Shown piece after piece: positions 8,494 to 16,195 of a DNA stretch of 16,318 nt (position 1 is the stretch's first letter; each line of letters starts with the position of its first letter). Source of the stretch: Deltaproteobacteria bacterium (lineage in GTDB: Bacteria > SAR324 > NAC60-12); the NCBI GenBank assembly GCA_038150265.1, contig JAYOTF010000049.1, forward strand, positions 362 to 16,679, written 5' to 3'. Made by a program: the position numbers and the translations under genes. Below the pieces are notes generated by a model, which had not been told where the DNA came from, searched no databases, and saw only the letters and a program-made list of their open reading frames with translations.

Positions 8494-9285
8494 CTAGAGG
8501 TGGGCCGCCATTGCCTGGGCCAACCGCTGAGCCTCCTGACCTGCGGCTTCGGCAAAGTCCTCTCCGGAGCTGGCGTAAAGGATGCTCCGGGAGGCATTGA
8601 TCAGGCAGGGAATGGAGGTGCCGTCTGTGGCCTCCCTGAGGGTTGCCTCCAGCGAGCCGCCCTGGGCTCCGACTCCTGGAATCAGGTACGGCATGGGGCC
8701 GGTGATGGTCCGGATGGCGCCAATGGCTTCCGGACGGGTGGCGCCCACGACGAGTCCGGCGTTCTGGTGCTCGTTCCACTCCCGGACCTTCCGGGCGACG
8801 GCGAGGTGCAGGTCTGGCAACTGAAAGTCCTGGGCCCCGGGGTTGGAGGTGAGGCAGAGGACGAACACGCCCCGGTCCCGGTACTCGAGGAAGGGCTGGA
8901 CGGAGTCGGCTCCCATGTACGGAGCCACCGTGACGGCATGGCAGCCCCATCCTTCAAAAATGGCCCGGGCGTACATGGCGGAGGAGGTGCCAATGTCTCC
9001 GCGCTTCGCATCAGCGATGATGGGCAGGCCTTCCGGGACGGCGGCCAGCACTTCCTGAAGAACCTCGGTGCCGACAGGTCCGAGCGCTTCAAAGAAGGCA
9101 AAGTTCGGCTTCACGGCGGCAGCAAACGGGCTGGTCGTCGCCAGGATCTGCTTGAGGAAGGCCACCAGGCCCTCTGGGGTTCGGGGGAGGGACTCCGGAA
9201 GGCGCTCAAGCTGCGGGTCGAGCCCAACACAGAGCAGGGAGCGGGCCTGGGAGACGCGTTGCTGAAGCAGAGCAGAGAAGGTCAT
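8494..9285 (-). CDS. pyrF: Orotidine-5'-phosphate decarboxylase
   Basis: LCVGLDP, KPNFAFFE, DAKRGDIGTS, LTSNPG, GLVVGAT, LIPGVGAQGG and NASRSILYA. Confidence 0.96.
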   Translation of the reverse strand: MTFSALLQQRVSQARSLLCVGLDPQLERLPESLPRTPEGLVAFLKQILATTSPFAAAVKPNFAFFEALGPVGTEVLQEVLAAVPEGLPIIADAKRGDIGTSSAMYARAIFEGWGCHAVTVAPYMGADSVQPFLEYRDRGVFVLCLTSNPGAQDFQLPDLHLAVARKVREWNEHQNAGLVVGATRPEAIGAIRTITGPMPYLIPGVGAQGGSLEATLREATDGTSIPCLINASRSILYASSGEDFAEAAGQEAQRLAQAMAAHL

Positions 9286-9332
9286 GGGGGTAAAAAATAT
9301 TTGGTGTTATGCGGATGAACCTTTAAGATACC

Positions 9333-9938
9333 TCAAAACAAGGACATCTGTTGCGCTTCCGGACGTTTGGCCTCAGTGGCCCAGTTCAACTGGACCCGCT
9401 TGATGCCGCTCCGGGATTCGTAATCGAGGTGTCCGTGTTCAACCGCGTGGAGGTACACGTCTCGGGTTACCTGGACATCCATCTTGCAGTATTCGATGAT
9501 TTTGTCGATTTTACCTTCTTTGTACCACTGCAAGGCCTGCAGGCCATCGGCAGACTTTCCGGTCCCCAGTGTGGGCCGCGCAATGGATTCCAGCTTGAGC
9601 CGGTGACCGAGCTCCTTCTTGAGTTCGGTCAGCATGTCCATGTTGGGGCGTCCAACGAGCTCGGTGTAGAGCTGCTGGCGTTGCTGGCGGTCGGCAAAGC
9701 GTGCGCCCGCGAGGACGCGGTAGTCAAACCCGATGTGGTTGAAGCCCACCACAAGGTCAGCCCGGCGGCAGTGATCGATCAGGGCCTGAACCTGGTGGTC
9801 GAGGTAAACCGTGAAGTCGGCTTCTTTTGAGTCCCAGATGACGCCAACCGACAGGCCCATGTCTTCAATGTTGCTCCAGCCTCCCACCTCATCAGCGGAG
9901 TACTTGGTTTCCAGGTCGAAGTAAACGATGCGTTCCAT
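9333..9938 (-). CDS. RNase H-like DEDDy 3'-5' exonuclease-domain protein (YprB/RNase_H_2-like)
   Basis: ExoI YFDLET, ExoII GFNHIGFD, ExoIII YCKMDV, plus GKSADGLQALQWYKEG. C-terminus is QMSLF. Confidence 0.8.
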   Translation of the reverse strand: MERIVYFDLETKYSADEVGGWSNIEDMGLSVGVIWDSKEADFTVYLDHQVQALIDHCRRADLVVGFNHIGFDYRVLAGARFADRQQRQQLYTELVGRPNMDMLTELKKELGHRLKLESIARPTLGTGKSADGLQALQWYKEGKIDKIIEYCKMDVQVTRDVYLHAVEHGHLDYESRSGIKRVQLNWATEAKRPEAQQMSLF

Positions 9939-9964
9939 GAACTTTCTCGGGCGTTAGAGGACGG

Positions 9965-10672
9965 ATGGTGGATTATTATGAACGACTGGGGGTGTCGCCA
10001 GAGGCCACGCTGGAGGTGATCCGGCGAGCGTATCGGCAAGCGGCCAAGGCGGAACACCCGGACCTGCATCCTCAGGATTCAGAGGCGCAGCGGCAGCAGC
10101 GGCAGTTGCGGTTTGTGCAAATCACCCAAGCGTATGAAGTCCTGAGTGACTCGGCCAAGCGTGCCGCATACGACCAGCAGCGTCGGGCCAGGCAAAGCCA
10201 ACAAAGTCACCAGAAAACCCAAGCAGGTTCAAGTTCTTCCCAACAACGGCCCCGGAGGCCTGCGTCTGGAACCACGGCTTCCTTCACCAGCCGGCCCCGG
10301 CGCCCGCGGCAGGAGGACATCCCCTCTCCGGAGGAGGCGCTGGAGGACCTGCTGCAGGAACTGGGGTCGCTTTTTGGTGACCTGAGGGGGCAGTCGAAGG
10401 ACCCCCTTGGCTTGCTTGTCCGCGGGGCAAAGCGTATTTATCAGGAGGTTGAGGACTGGCTCGACTCGTGGGAAAAGGACCTGAATGCAAGTGGATCGCG
10501 TCCGTCGGGCTCGACCCTGCATTCCTTTCAGGAAGAAATTGAAGAAGAACTGGCGCGCCTCAAGCGTCAGCGCCGCGCTCAACCGGGCGCCCGCACTCAG
10601 CGAAAGGCCCCTTCAGCCTCGTCTGAGATTGATCAGGAACTGGAACGCCTGAAAAAGCAGTATCAACGCTAA
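9965..10672 (+). CDS. J-domain (DnaJ class C) protein
   Basis: DYYERLGV...IRRAYR...HPD...ITQAYEVLSDSAKRAAYD. No G/F region or zinc finger. GAGGA RBS. Confidence 0.88.
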   Translation: MVDYYERLGVSPEATLEVIRRAYRQAAKAEHPDLHPQDSEAQRQQRQLRFVQITQAYEVLSDSAKRAAYDQQRRARQSQQSHQKTQAGSSSSQQRPRRPASGTTASFTSRPRRPRQEDIPSPEEALEDLLQELGSLFGDLRGQSKDPLGLLVRGAKRIYQEVEDWLDSWEKDLNASGSRPSGSTLHSFQEEIEEELARLKRQRRAQPGARTQRKAPSASSEIDQELERLKKQYQR

Positions 10673-10682
10673 CCGGAAAAAC

Positions 10683-11639
10683 ATGCCCCATTCCCCTGCT
10701 TCCCCGCTTCCCCCGCCGGGTAAAGTGGCCGTCATGATCCCTTGCCTGAATGAGGAAATCACCATTGGCAAGGTCATTCAGGACTTCCAGGCCGTGTTGC
10801 CTGACGCCGAGATTGTGGTCTTTGACAACAACAGCACCGACCGGACGGCAGAAATTGCCACCGGCCTGGGCGCTCGGGTGATTCCGGAGCGCCGCCCCGG
10901 GAAGGGCTATGTGGTGTCTTCGATGTTCCGGAAGATTGAGGCGGATTACTACGTGATGGTCGATGGCGACGACACCTACTCTGCCGAGCACGCCCTGCAC
11001 CTGCTGGAACCTGTGGCCAAGGGAAGCGCGGACATGAGCGTTGCGACGCGTTTGGAGGAGTACCACAACGAGTCGTTTCGGCCACTGCATGTCTTTGGAA
11101 ACAACCTGGTCAAGAACCTCGTCAACTGGATTTTCCAGAGCAACCTCAATGACATCATGTCTGGATACCGCGTGTTCAACCGAGATCTGGTGAAAACGGT
11201 TCCAGTGCTGTCGTCCGGGTTTGAAGTGGAAACCGAGATGACGATTCGGGTGCTGGACTACGGATTTTCCATTGCCGAAGTACCGGTGCCGTATCGGGAA
11301 CGTCCGGAGGGCAGCTTCTCGAAGCTTCACACCTTCCGAGACGGCTATCGGGTGCTGTCCACGATTGCCAACATTGCCAAGGCGTACAAACCGTTTACCT
11401 TCTTTGGGGGGCTGGGGCTGTTCTTTGCGGTGCTGGGAGGAATCAGTGGCACCTGGGTGGTGTTTGATTACCTGGAGGATGAATACGTCAACAAGGTGCC
11501 AACGGCGATTCTTGCCTCAGGGCTGATGCTGCTGGCGTTTGGAAGCGTGGGCGTGGGCGCCGTGCTGCACACGCTCAATCATCGGTTTCGGGAAACCAAT
11601 CGGCTCATGCAGCAGGTCTTGCGTGGACGGAGGGACTAG
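10683..11639 (+). CDS. GT2 glycosyltransferase (polyprenol-phosphate glycosyltransferase-like) with two C-terminal TM helices
   Basis: IPCLNEE, VFDNNSTDRT, GKGY, DGDDTY (DxD), DIMSGYR, GFEVETE, YRERPEGSFSKL and RDG. Confidence 0.9.
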   Translation: MPHSPASPLPPPGKVAVMIPCLNEEITIGKVIQDFQAVLPDAEIVVFDNNSTDRTAEIATGLGARVIPERRPGKGYVVSSMFRKIEADYYVMVDGDDTYSAEHALHLLEPVAKGSADMSVATRLEEYHNESFRPLHVFGNNLVKNLVNWIFQSNLNDIMSGYRVFNRDLVKTVPVLSSGFEVETEMTIRVLDYGFSIAEVPVPYRERPEGSFSKLHTFRDGYRVLSTIANIAKAYKPFTFFGGLGLFFAVLGGISGTWVVFDYLEDEYVNKVPTAILASGLMLLAFGSVGVGAVLHTLNHRFRETNRLMQQVLRGRRD

Positions 11640-12277
11640 AAATCCCAGTGAAAGGCGAGGCGCATGCCGTCATCGGTCGGGAGCACGTTCAGGCCGGTGG
11701 CAGGACGCGGAGCATTCGGATCCCAGACGGAGCGGGTGCCCAGCATGGTTCCGAGAATGCCCCCCAGGACCGTTGAGGTTCCAATGGTCCGGAACTGGTT
11801 CCGGGTGTTGGTTTCTTGCTGAATGAAGGCAAACCAGGTCCCGATCATGAGGCCCGTGCCGGCACCGTAGCTGATGTTGGCAATGGCATTCTGACGCTCC
11901 TCGGCCAGCAGCTGTTGCCGATTGGCCACATCGAAGCGGATCCGGTTTTCCGTGGAGTCTGAAAACTTGGTCTCGTCAATGTACTGCTGCTCCTGATCCG
12001 TTGGAGCCTGAAAGGGATCCTGCTGCTGCTGAAGAAAGGGGTCCTCAAATGCGCCTCCTGAAGGCGGCGGAGCCATCGGGTCCTGGAAGTCGCTCTGGTA
12101 GGGATCCATGAAGTCAGACCCATAGGGATCTTCTGCGGCAAAGGGGTCGTCCTGAGCAAAGGGATCCGAGTAGAGGTCCTGGGCGTGCAGCCCCGCAGGA
12201 AGGCAGAAGGCACCCAGGCAGAGGAGGCCCGCTGGGAGGACGAGGCGGAGTCGAGATCGAAGAAATTGAAGAATCAC
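11636..12277 (-). CDS. Hypothetical exported protein with acidic DP[F/Y] repeats, glycine-zipper hairpin and terminal Phe (start uncertain: GTG 12277 or ATG 12331)
   Basis: Signal peptide ending LHA-Q, seven DP(F/Y/M) motifs, YGAGTGLMIG and LGGILGTMLG, ending LAFHWDF. Confidence 0.7.
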   Translation of the reverse strand: MILQFLRSRLRLVLPAGLLCLGAFCLPAGLHAQDLYSDPFAQDDPFAAEDPYGSDFMDPYQSDFQDPMAPPPSGGAFEDPFLQQQQDPFQAPTDQEQQYIDETKFSDSTENRIRFDVANRQQLLAEERQNAIANISYGAGTGLMIGTWFAFIQQETNTRNQFRTIGTSTVLGGILGTMLGTRSVWDPNAPRPATGLNVLPTDDGMRLAFHWDF

Positions 12278-12336
12278 GTGCGTCTTGAAGTTCGAGGATT
12301 CATGTTTGCATGGAAACAATGCAATTCTCATTCACC

Positions 12337-12360
12337 GCTGAAGCAATTCGACGCTTCAGC
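12337..12360. promoter_or_regulatory. Perfect inverted repeat in the divergent promoter region (possible operator)
   Basis: GCTGAAGC-N8-GCTTCAGC in the AT-richer gap between divergent genes. Confidence 0.4.
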
Positions 12361-12378
12361 CTGCATTTTTGAGAAAAT

Positions 12379-12843
12379 ATGACAGAGAAACGCATCCGGA
12401 ACAAGCACATGCATATCCCTTTCCTTCGTCGCCTTTCCCTTTTTTTCATTGCGACCGTCCTCAGCCTGTCGGTGTTCCAGGCTTCCGCATCGGCTCAGGA
12501 AACAGGGCCACTGATGATGAAGCAGGAGTTGGGGTACACCCTGGGAGGAGGCGTGGCCGGAGTGGGCATGGGCGTCCTGGTCTGGTTTACTGATCCGCTC
12601 AATCCCAGTGTGACCCTCCGGGGGAACATCAAGGATGGCTTTGTCGTGGGAAGCACGCTGGGCGCCCTGTTTGGGTTCTACCTGTTGCAGAATGCGGCCA
12701 TCTTTCCCAACGAAGCCGCTCCAACGAACATTGACCAACTTTTGGGAAGAGAAGAGGATGTCGGTTGGCCCGCGACCCAGGCTCGCTCAGCTACTGCCCA
12801 AGGCCTTCGACTGAACATCCCCGTATGGCAATTCCGCTTTTAA
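12379..12843 (+). CDS. Hypothetical exported glycine-zipper protein with terminal Phe (start 12379 or 12409)
   Basis: Signal peptide ending ASA-Q, LGGGVAGVGMG and VGSTLGALFG, ending VWQFRF. Confidence 0.72.
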   Translation: MTEKRIRNKHMHIPFLRRLSLFFIATVLSLSVFQASASAQETGPLMMKQELGYTLGGGVAGVGMGVLVWFTDPLNPSVTLRGNIKDGFVVGSTLGALFGFYLLQNAAIFPNEAAPTNIDQLLGREEDVGWPATQARSATAQGLRLNIPVWQFRF

Positions 12844-12863
12844 CCTGCTTCCGTTCTGATTCC

Positions 12864-13301
12864 ATGCGCCCATTCTTGCGCAAGTCGCTGGTTGTTGTCC
12901 TCCTTTCATTCGGCTTGCTGGCCAGCCCCGTTCATGCCCAGACGCCGGGCGCCACCGGAGCCGCCAAGCCTCCGGTGATGCAGTCCATCTTCTGGAACAC
13001 CCTGTGGGGGTCCGGATGGGGAGCCACCATGGGGCTGTCGTATCAGTTGGTGTCTGGGGTCAACTTCCGGGAGTCAGTGGTCACTGGCGCCACCGTGGGA
13101 GGCCTTCTGGGGTACGGCCTTGGGATCTATGCCATCGTGAATGGGGTCACCTTTGACCAGCGGTTTCTGCTGAAGCTGCCGACCCCTCAGTTTGGTCCGC
13201 CTCAGGCGTCCAACGCGCCGCTACCCGACGCACTGTACACGCGCCACCAGAAACCGGACTCCAGCCGCTGGTCCACGACCCTCTTCAACTTCCGATTCTA
13301 A
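12864..13301 (+). CDS. Hypothetical exported glycine-zipper protein with terminal Phe
   Basis: ATG 12864 MRPFLRK, signal peptide ending VHA-Q, WGSGWGATMG and TGATVGGLLGYGLG, ending LFNFRF. Confidence 0.72.
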   Translation: MRPFLRKSLVVVLLSFGLLASPVHAQTPGATGAAKPPVMQSIFWNTLWGSGWGATMGLSYQLVSGVNFRESVVTGATVGGLLGYGLGIYAIVNGVTFDQRFLLKLPTPQFGPPQASNAPLPDALYTRHQKPDSSRWSTTLFNFRF

Positions 13302-13304
13302 CCC

Positions 13305-13895
13305 ATGTCCGTTTCCGGACACGACTCACTCCTTTCCCTGCTGCGTCAGAACCTGAAAGAGGTGCTGACGCTCATCCTCCTGGGAGGCCTGCTGGGGGCA
13401 GGAACCGCCTACTTCTACACCGGTGAACTGATGGAAGCGCCGCTTCCGGAAGAACAGGGAACGCTGGTGCTGACCCAGATCCTCATTCACGATTTTCAGA
13501 AGGCGTCTCCGCGCTGGGAGCTTCGGGGAGAGCGGGCCGTGGTGCTGGAGGATTCGCAGCGCATGCGCATCGAAGGCGTGACGATTGACGTGTTTGAGGC
13601 TGGCACAGAGCCCATGCAGGAGCCGGTGGTGGACCTGAAGGTCTCTGCGGAGCAGGGGCTGGTCGAGTGGCGCTCCAACCGGATCACCCTACAGGGCAAG
13701 GTGGTGGTGCAGCAGGTTCAGGGACCGGTCGTCTGGACCGAGACGGCTGTGTACGACATCACCAATGAGTTCCTGAACCTGCCGAAGCCGGTTCAGGTGG
13801 AGTATGAGGGCAGCCTGCTGACCGGAACCTCTCTGACCTACAGCCGTCCTCAAAACCTGGTTTCCATCAAACAGCCCGTCACTTCCGTGCGCTAA
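13305..13895 (+). CDS. lptC: LptC-like LPS export periplasmic beta-jellyroll protein
   Basis: Single N-terminal TM helix, then WELRGERA, VSAEQG, ITLQGKVVV, TETAVYD and LTGTSLTY, matching the LptC/OstA strand pattern. Confidence 0.65.
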   Translation: MSVSGHDSLLSLLRQNLKEVLTLILLGGLLGAGTAYFYTGELMEAPLPEEQGTLVLTQILIHDFQKASPRWELRGERAVVLEDSQRMRIEGVTIDVFEAGTEPMQEPVVDLKVSAEQGLVEWRSNRITLQGKVVVQQVQGPVVWTETAVYDITNEFLNLPKPVQVEYEGSLLTGTSLTYSRPQNLVSIKQPVTSVR

Positions 13896-13932
13896 GGGCC
13901 TTTCCCCAACCTGTTCGCTCCCAGAGGGCGCC

Positions 13933-15009
13933 ATGTCTGGCTTTTCATCGGTTGAACTCCTTCAGCAGCTCCGTCATGCCGTCTTGGCGCTGGATGCCCA
14001 GGGACGGGTCCAGCAGGTCAATGAAACAACGGCCCAGCTGTTTCATCAGGAGCCGGAACGCTTGCAGGGGCTGTTCTTCCCCGAGTTGTTTCCTCAGGAC
14101 CCTCGGCTGGTGGCCCGGATGCAACAGGTGCTGGAGCAGGGCAAGGAATTCCGCCTCAGCGCTGAGCGACTGGAGACGCCCCCTTTTCAGGGGAAGATTG
14201 CCGAGTTGGTGCTGGGGCCCCTCTATGACGCCGATGGGGTTCAGCAGGGGGCACTGCTGACGCTCCTGGAGACGACCTCTCTTGCGGAAGCCCGACACAA
14301 GGAGCAGGAAGAACAATTTGCCCACTCCCTGGGGATGCTGGTGGCGTCTCTTGCCCATGAGGTCCAGAATCCGCTTGGGGGGGTGAAGGGCATGCTGCAG
14401 CTCCATGAGCGCGAGCTGGAAGCCGCCGGCCTGAACACCGACAGCGTGGAGATGATGCTGGGGGAGTTGGGACGCGTGGAGCGGCTGCTCCGGCACCTGC
14501 TGTTTCTGTCACACCCCATGCCGCTGAGTCCCTCCTCATTCAACATCCACGAGCTGCTCAGCACCATCATTGAGTTTGAGCGCAACATCAACGCCGCTCT
14601 GGCCTTCCGGACGCGCTTTGATCCGTCGCTTCCCGAGATCACGGGAGATCGGGACAAGCTGCATCAGGTCTTTCTCAACCTGATCCGCAATGCGGCCCAG
14701 GCGTCTCCTGAAGCAGGGACCGTGACGATTCGGACCGAGTACTGCCAGCCCTGGGAGCTGGCTGGAACAAACCTGGATCCAACCTTGGCGTACCTGCAGG
14801 TCCTTGTGGAAGATGAGGGCTCGGGCGTGGCTCCGGAACATCAGGACCGTCTGTTTCAGCCCCTTTTCACGACCAAGCCTGAGGGAAACGGCCTCGGGCT
14901 CTCGATTTCGCAGCGGATCCTTCAGGCGCACAGCGGCCTGCTGCGCTACCGGCCCCGGCCCGAAGGCGGAGCCTGCTTTCAGGCCTTTCTGCCCCGGAAT
15001 CGAATGTGA
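13933..15009 (+). CDS. Cytoplasmic PAS sensor histidine kinase, NtrB/GlnL-like
   Basis: N-terminal PAS domain, H box LAHEVQNPLGG, FDPSLPEI, N box QVFLNLIRNAAQA, G1 DEGSGV, F box LFQPLFTTK and G2 GNGLGLS. No TM segments. Confidence 0.88.
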   Translation: MSGFSSVELLQQLRHAVLALDAQGRVQQVNETTAQLFHQEPERLQGLFFPELFPQDPRLVARMQQVLEQGKEFRLSAERLETPPFQGKIAELVLGPLYDADGVQQGALLTLLETTSLAEARHKEQEEQFAHSLGMLVASLAHEVQNPLGGVKGMLQLHERELEAAGLNTDSVEMMLGELGRVERLLRHLLFLSHPMPLSPSSFNIHELLSTIIEFERNINAALAFRTRFDPSLPEITGDRDKLHQVFLNLIRNAAQASPEAGTVTIRTEYCQPWELAGTNLDPTLAYLQVLVEDEGSGVAPEHQDRLFQPLFTTKPEGNGLGLSISQRILQAHSGLLRYRPRPEGGACFQAFLPRNRM

Positions 15010-15024
15010 CGGGACAAAAAGAGC

Positions 15025-15054
15025 TTGCGTGTCTTCGGGATCTCTCTTAAAAAT
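15025..15054 (+). promoter_or_regulatory. Possible sigma70 promoter of tRNA-His
   Basis: TTGCGT-17 nt-TAAAAA(T), with an upstream A tract, ending about 18 nt before the tRNA. Confidence 0.4.
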
Positions 15055-15071
15055 AGCTGTTTGCACTGGAT

Positions 15072-15148
15072 GGCGAAAGTAGCTCAGCTGGTAGAGCACC
15101 GGATTGTGATTCCGGTGGTCGCGGGTTCAAGTCCCGTCTTTCGCCCCA
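15072..15148 (+). tRNA. tRNA-His (GTG)
   Basis: G-1 plus acceptor stem GCGAAAG/CTTTCGC, D arm AGCTCAGCTGGTAGAGC, anticodon arm CCGGA-TTGTGAT-TCCGG, T loop GGTTCAAGTCC, discriminator C73 and encoded CCA. Confidence 0.97.
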
Positions 15149-15265
15149 CCCCCTCCTCATCTCTCGAATCCCCCTGAAATCCTTCGCTCCACTCGGCTCC
15201 CACCAGTGAATTCAATTGGGACGCGTGCCCCACTGGTTTGGTGCAGGGAGTGCCTCGTGGGTCAG

Positions 15266-15282
15266 GCTGGGGTGCCCCCAGC
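15266..15282. terminator. Small hairpin between the convergent tRNA-His and PhyH-family gene
   Basis: GCTGGGG-TGC-CCCCAGC, about 14 nt after the PhyH-family stop. Confidence 0.35.
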
Positions 15283-15295
15283 GAGTCGGGACCCC

Positions 15296-16195
15296 TTATG
15301 CCTCAGAGGTGGGTTGCCACCAGTCACTTCCAGCATGCCGTCCGGCTTTTTGAAGAGCAGGGTCGGCCAAGGCGTTGGCGGGAAGCGGTTCAATGTCGAG
15401 CAGGTACCGGTGTGCCGGAGGCATCCGCTCATACAGGTCCGGAGTCAGGTGGTCGCGTTGGACGAGCTGCTGAGGCAGGTCTCGACGGGTGTAGGTGAGG
15501 TGCAGCACCCGCCTCCGAGCGCCATCGGTGTTGGTGGTGCCCCCATGCCAGAGGGAAGAGTTGATCACAATCAGGCTGCCGGCCGGACACGAGACCCGAA
15601 GCTCTCCGGGGTAGGGGGCCGTGAGGTCTTCCGGAACCCGAGCCTGCTCTTCCGGAGTCAGGGGCGTCGGCTCCCAGTCGTGAATGTTCACATGAGCCAC
15701 GTTCAGGGGCTGCCAGTGGTGCGACCCGGGGACAACGCGAGGAGGGCCATTATCGGGAGTAATGGCGTCAAAGGCAATGATGGCGTTGCAGACCCACCAG
15801 TCGTCGGCAAACTTCTTGGGGACATCCGTATGCAGGCTCTGGAGGCCGCCACCTGGCAGAGGCTCGCGCAGATTGGCTCCATGCACCTTGAACTCCCCCA
15901 GCAGGTAGTGACAGGCCTGTAGCAAGGGCGACACTTCCAGGCAGGCGTCGAAGGCCTCGGATTTGTTGAAGATGTTGGAGACACGAGCTGCATTCGGCTC
16001 AATGTGAACCTCGTGCCCGCCCTGTTCTCCTTCGATGGCCTGAAGCCGATCAAACTCGGCCGCCATCGCCTCACAGGCTTCCGGACTCAACACCCCTTCC
16101 ACAACAAAAAAACCATGCGCATCGAGCGCAAGGCGGCGTTCTTCAGAAAGTGCATCCTGGATGCCGAGGGCCCTGAGGGCTTGCTTGCTGTACAT
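15296..16195 (-). CDS. Phytanoyl-CoA dioxygenase (PhyH) family Fe(II)/2-oxoglutarate oxygenase
   Basis: GFFVVEGVLS, QSLHTD (HxD), NGPPRVVPGSHH, PAGSLIVINSSLWHGG..N....RR. AGGAG RBS before ATG 16195. Confidence 0.9.
   Translation of the reverse strand: MYSKQALRALGIQDALSEERRLALDAHGFFVVEGVLSPEACEAMAAEFDRLQAIEGEQGGHEVHIEPNAARVSNIFNKSEAFDACLEVSPLLQACHYLLGEFKVHGANLREPLPGGGLQSLHTDVPKKFADDWWVCNAIIAFDAITPDNGPPRVVPGSHHWQPLNVAHVNIHDWEPTPLTPEEQARVPEDLTAPYPGELRVSCPAGSLIVINSSLWHGGTTNTDGARRRVLHLTYTRRDLPQQLVQRDHLTPDLYERMPPAHRYLLDIEPLPANALADPALQKAGRHAGSDWWQPTSEA

Noticed and set aside
5710..9318. Overlapping alternative ORFs such as 5710-6714, 7086-7634 and 8464-9318
   Set aside because: Antisense shadows of well-supported genes, without motifs.
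11636..11639. Overlapping stop codons (CTAG) of convergent genes, and a 1 nt gap at ispD/pyrF
   Set aside because: Common in compact genomes and not informative by itself.
15206..15922. 238 aa plus-strand ORF after the tRNA
   Set aside because: Antisense to the PhyH-family gene, with no RBS or domain evidence.
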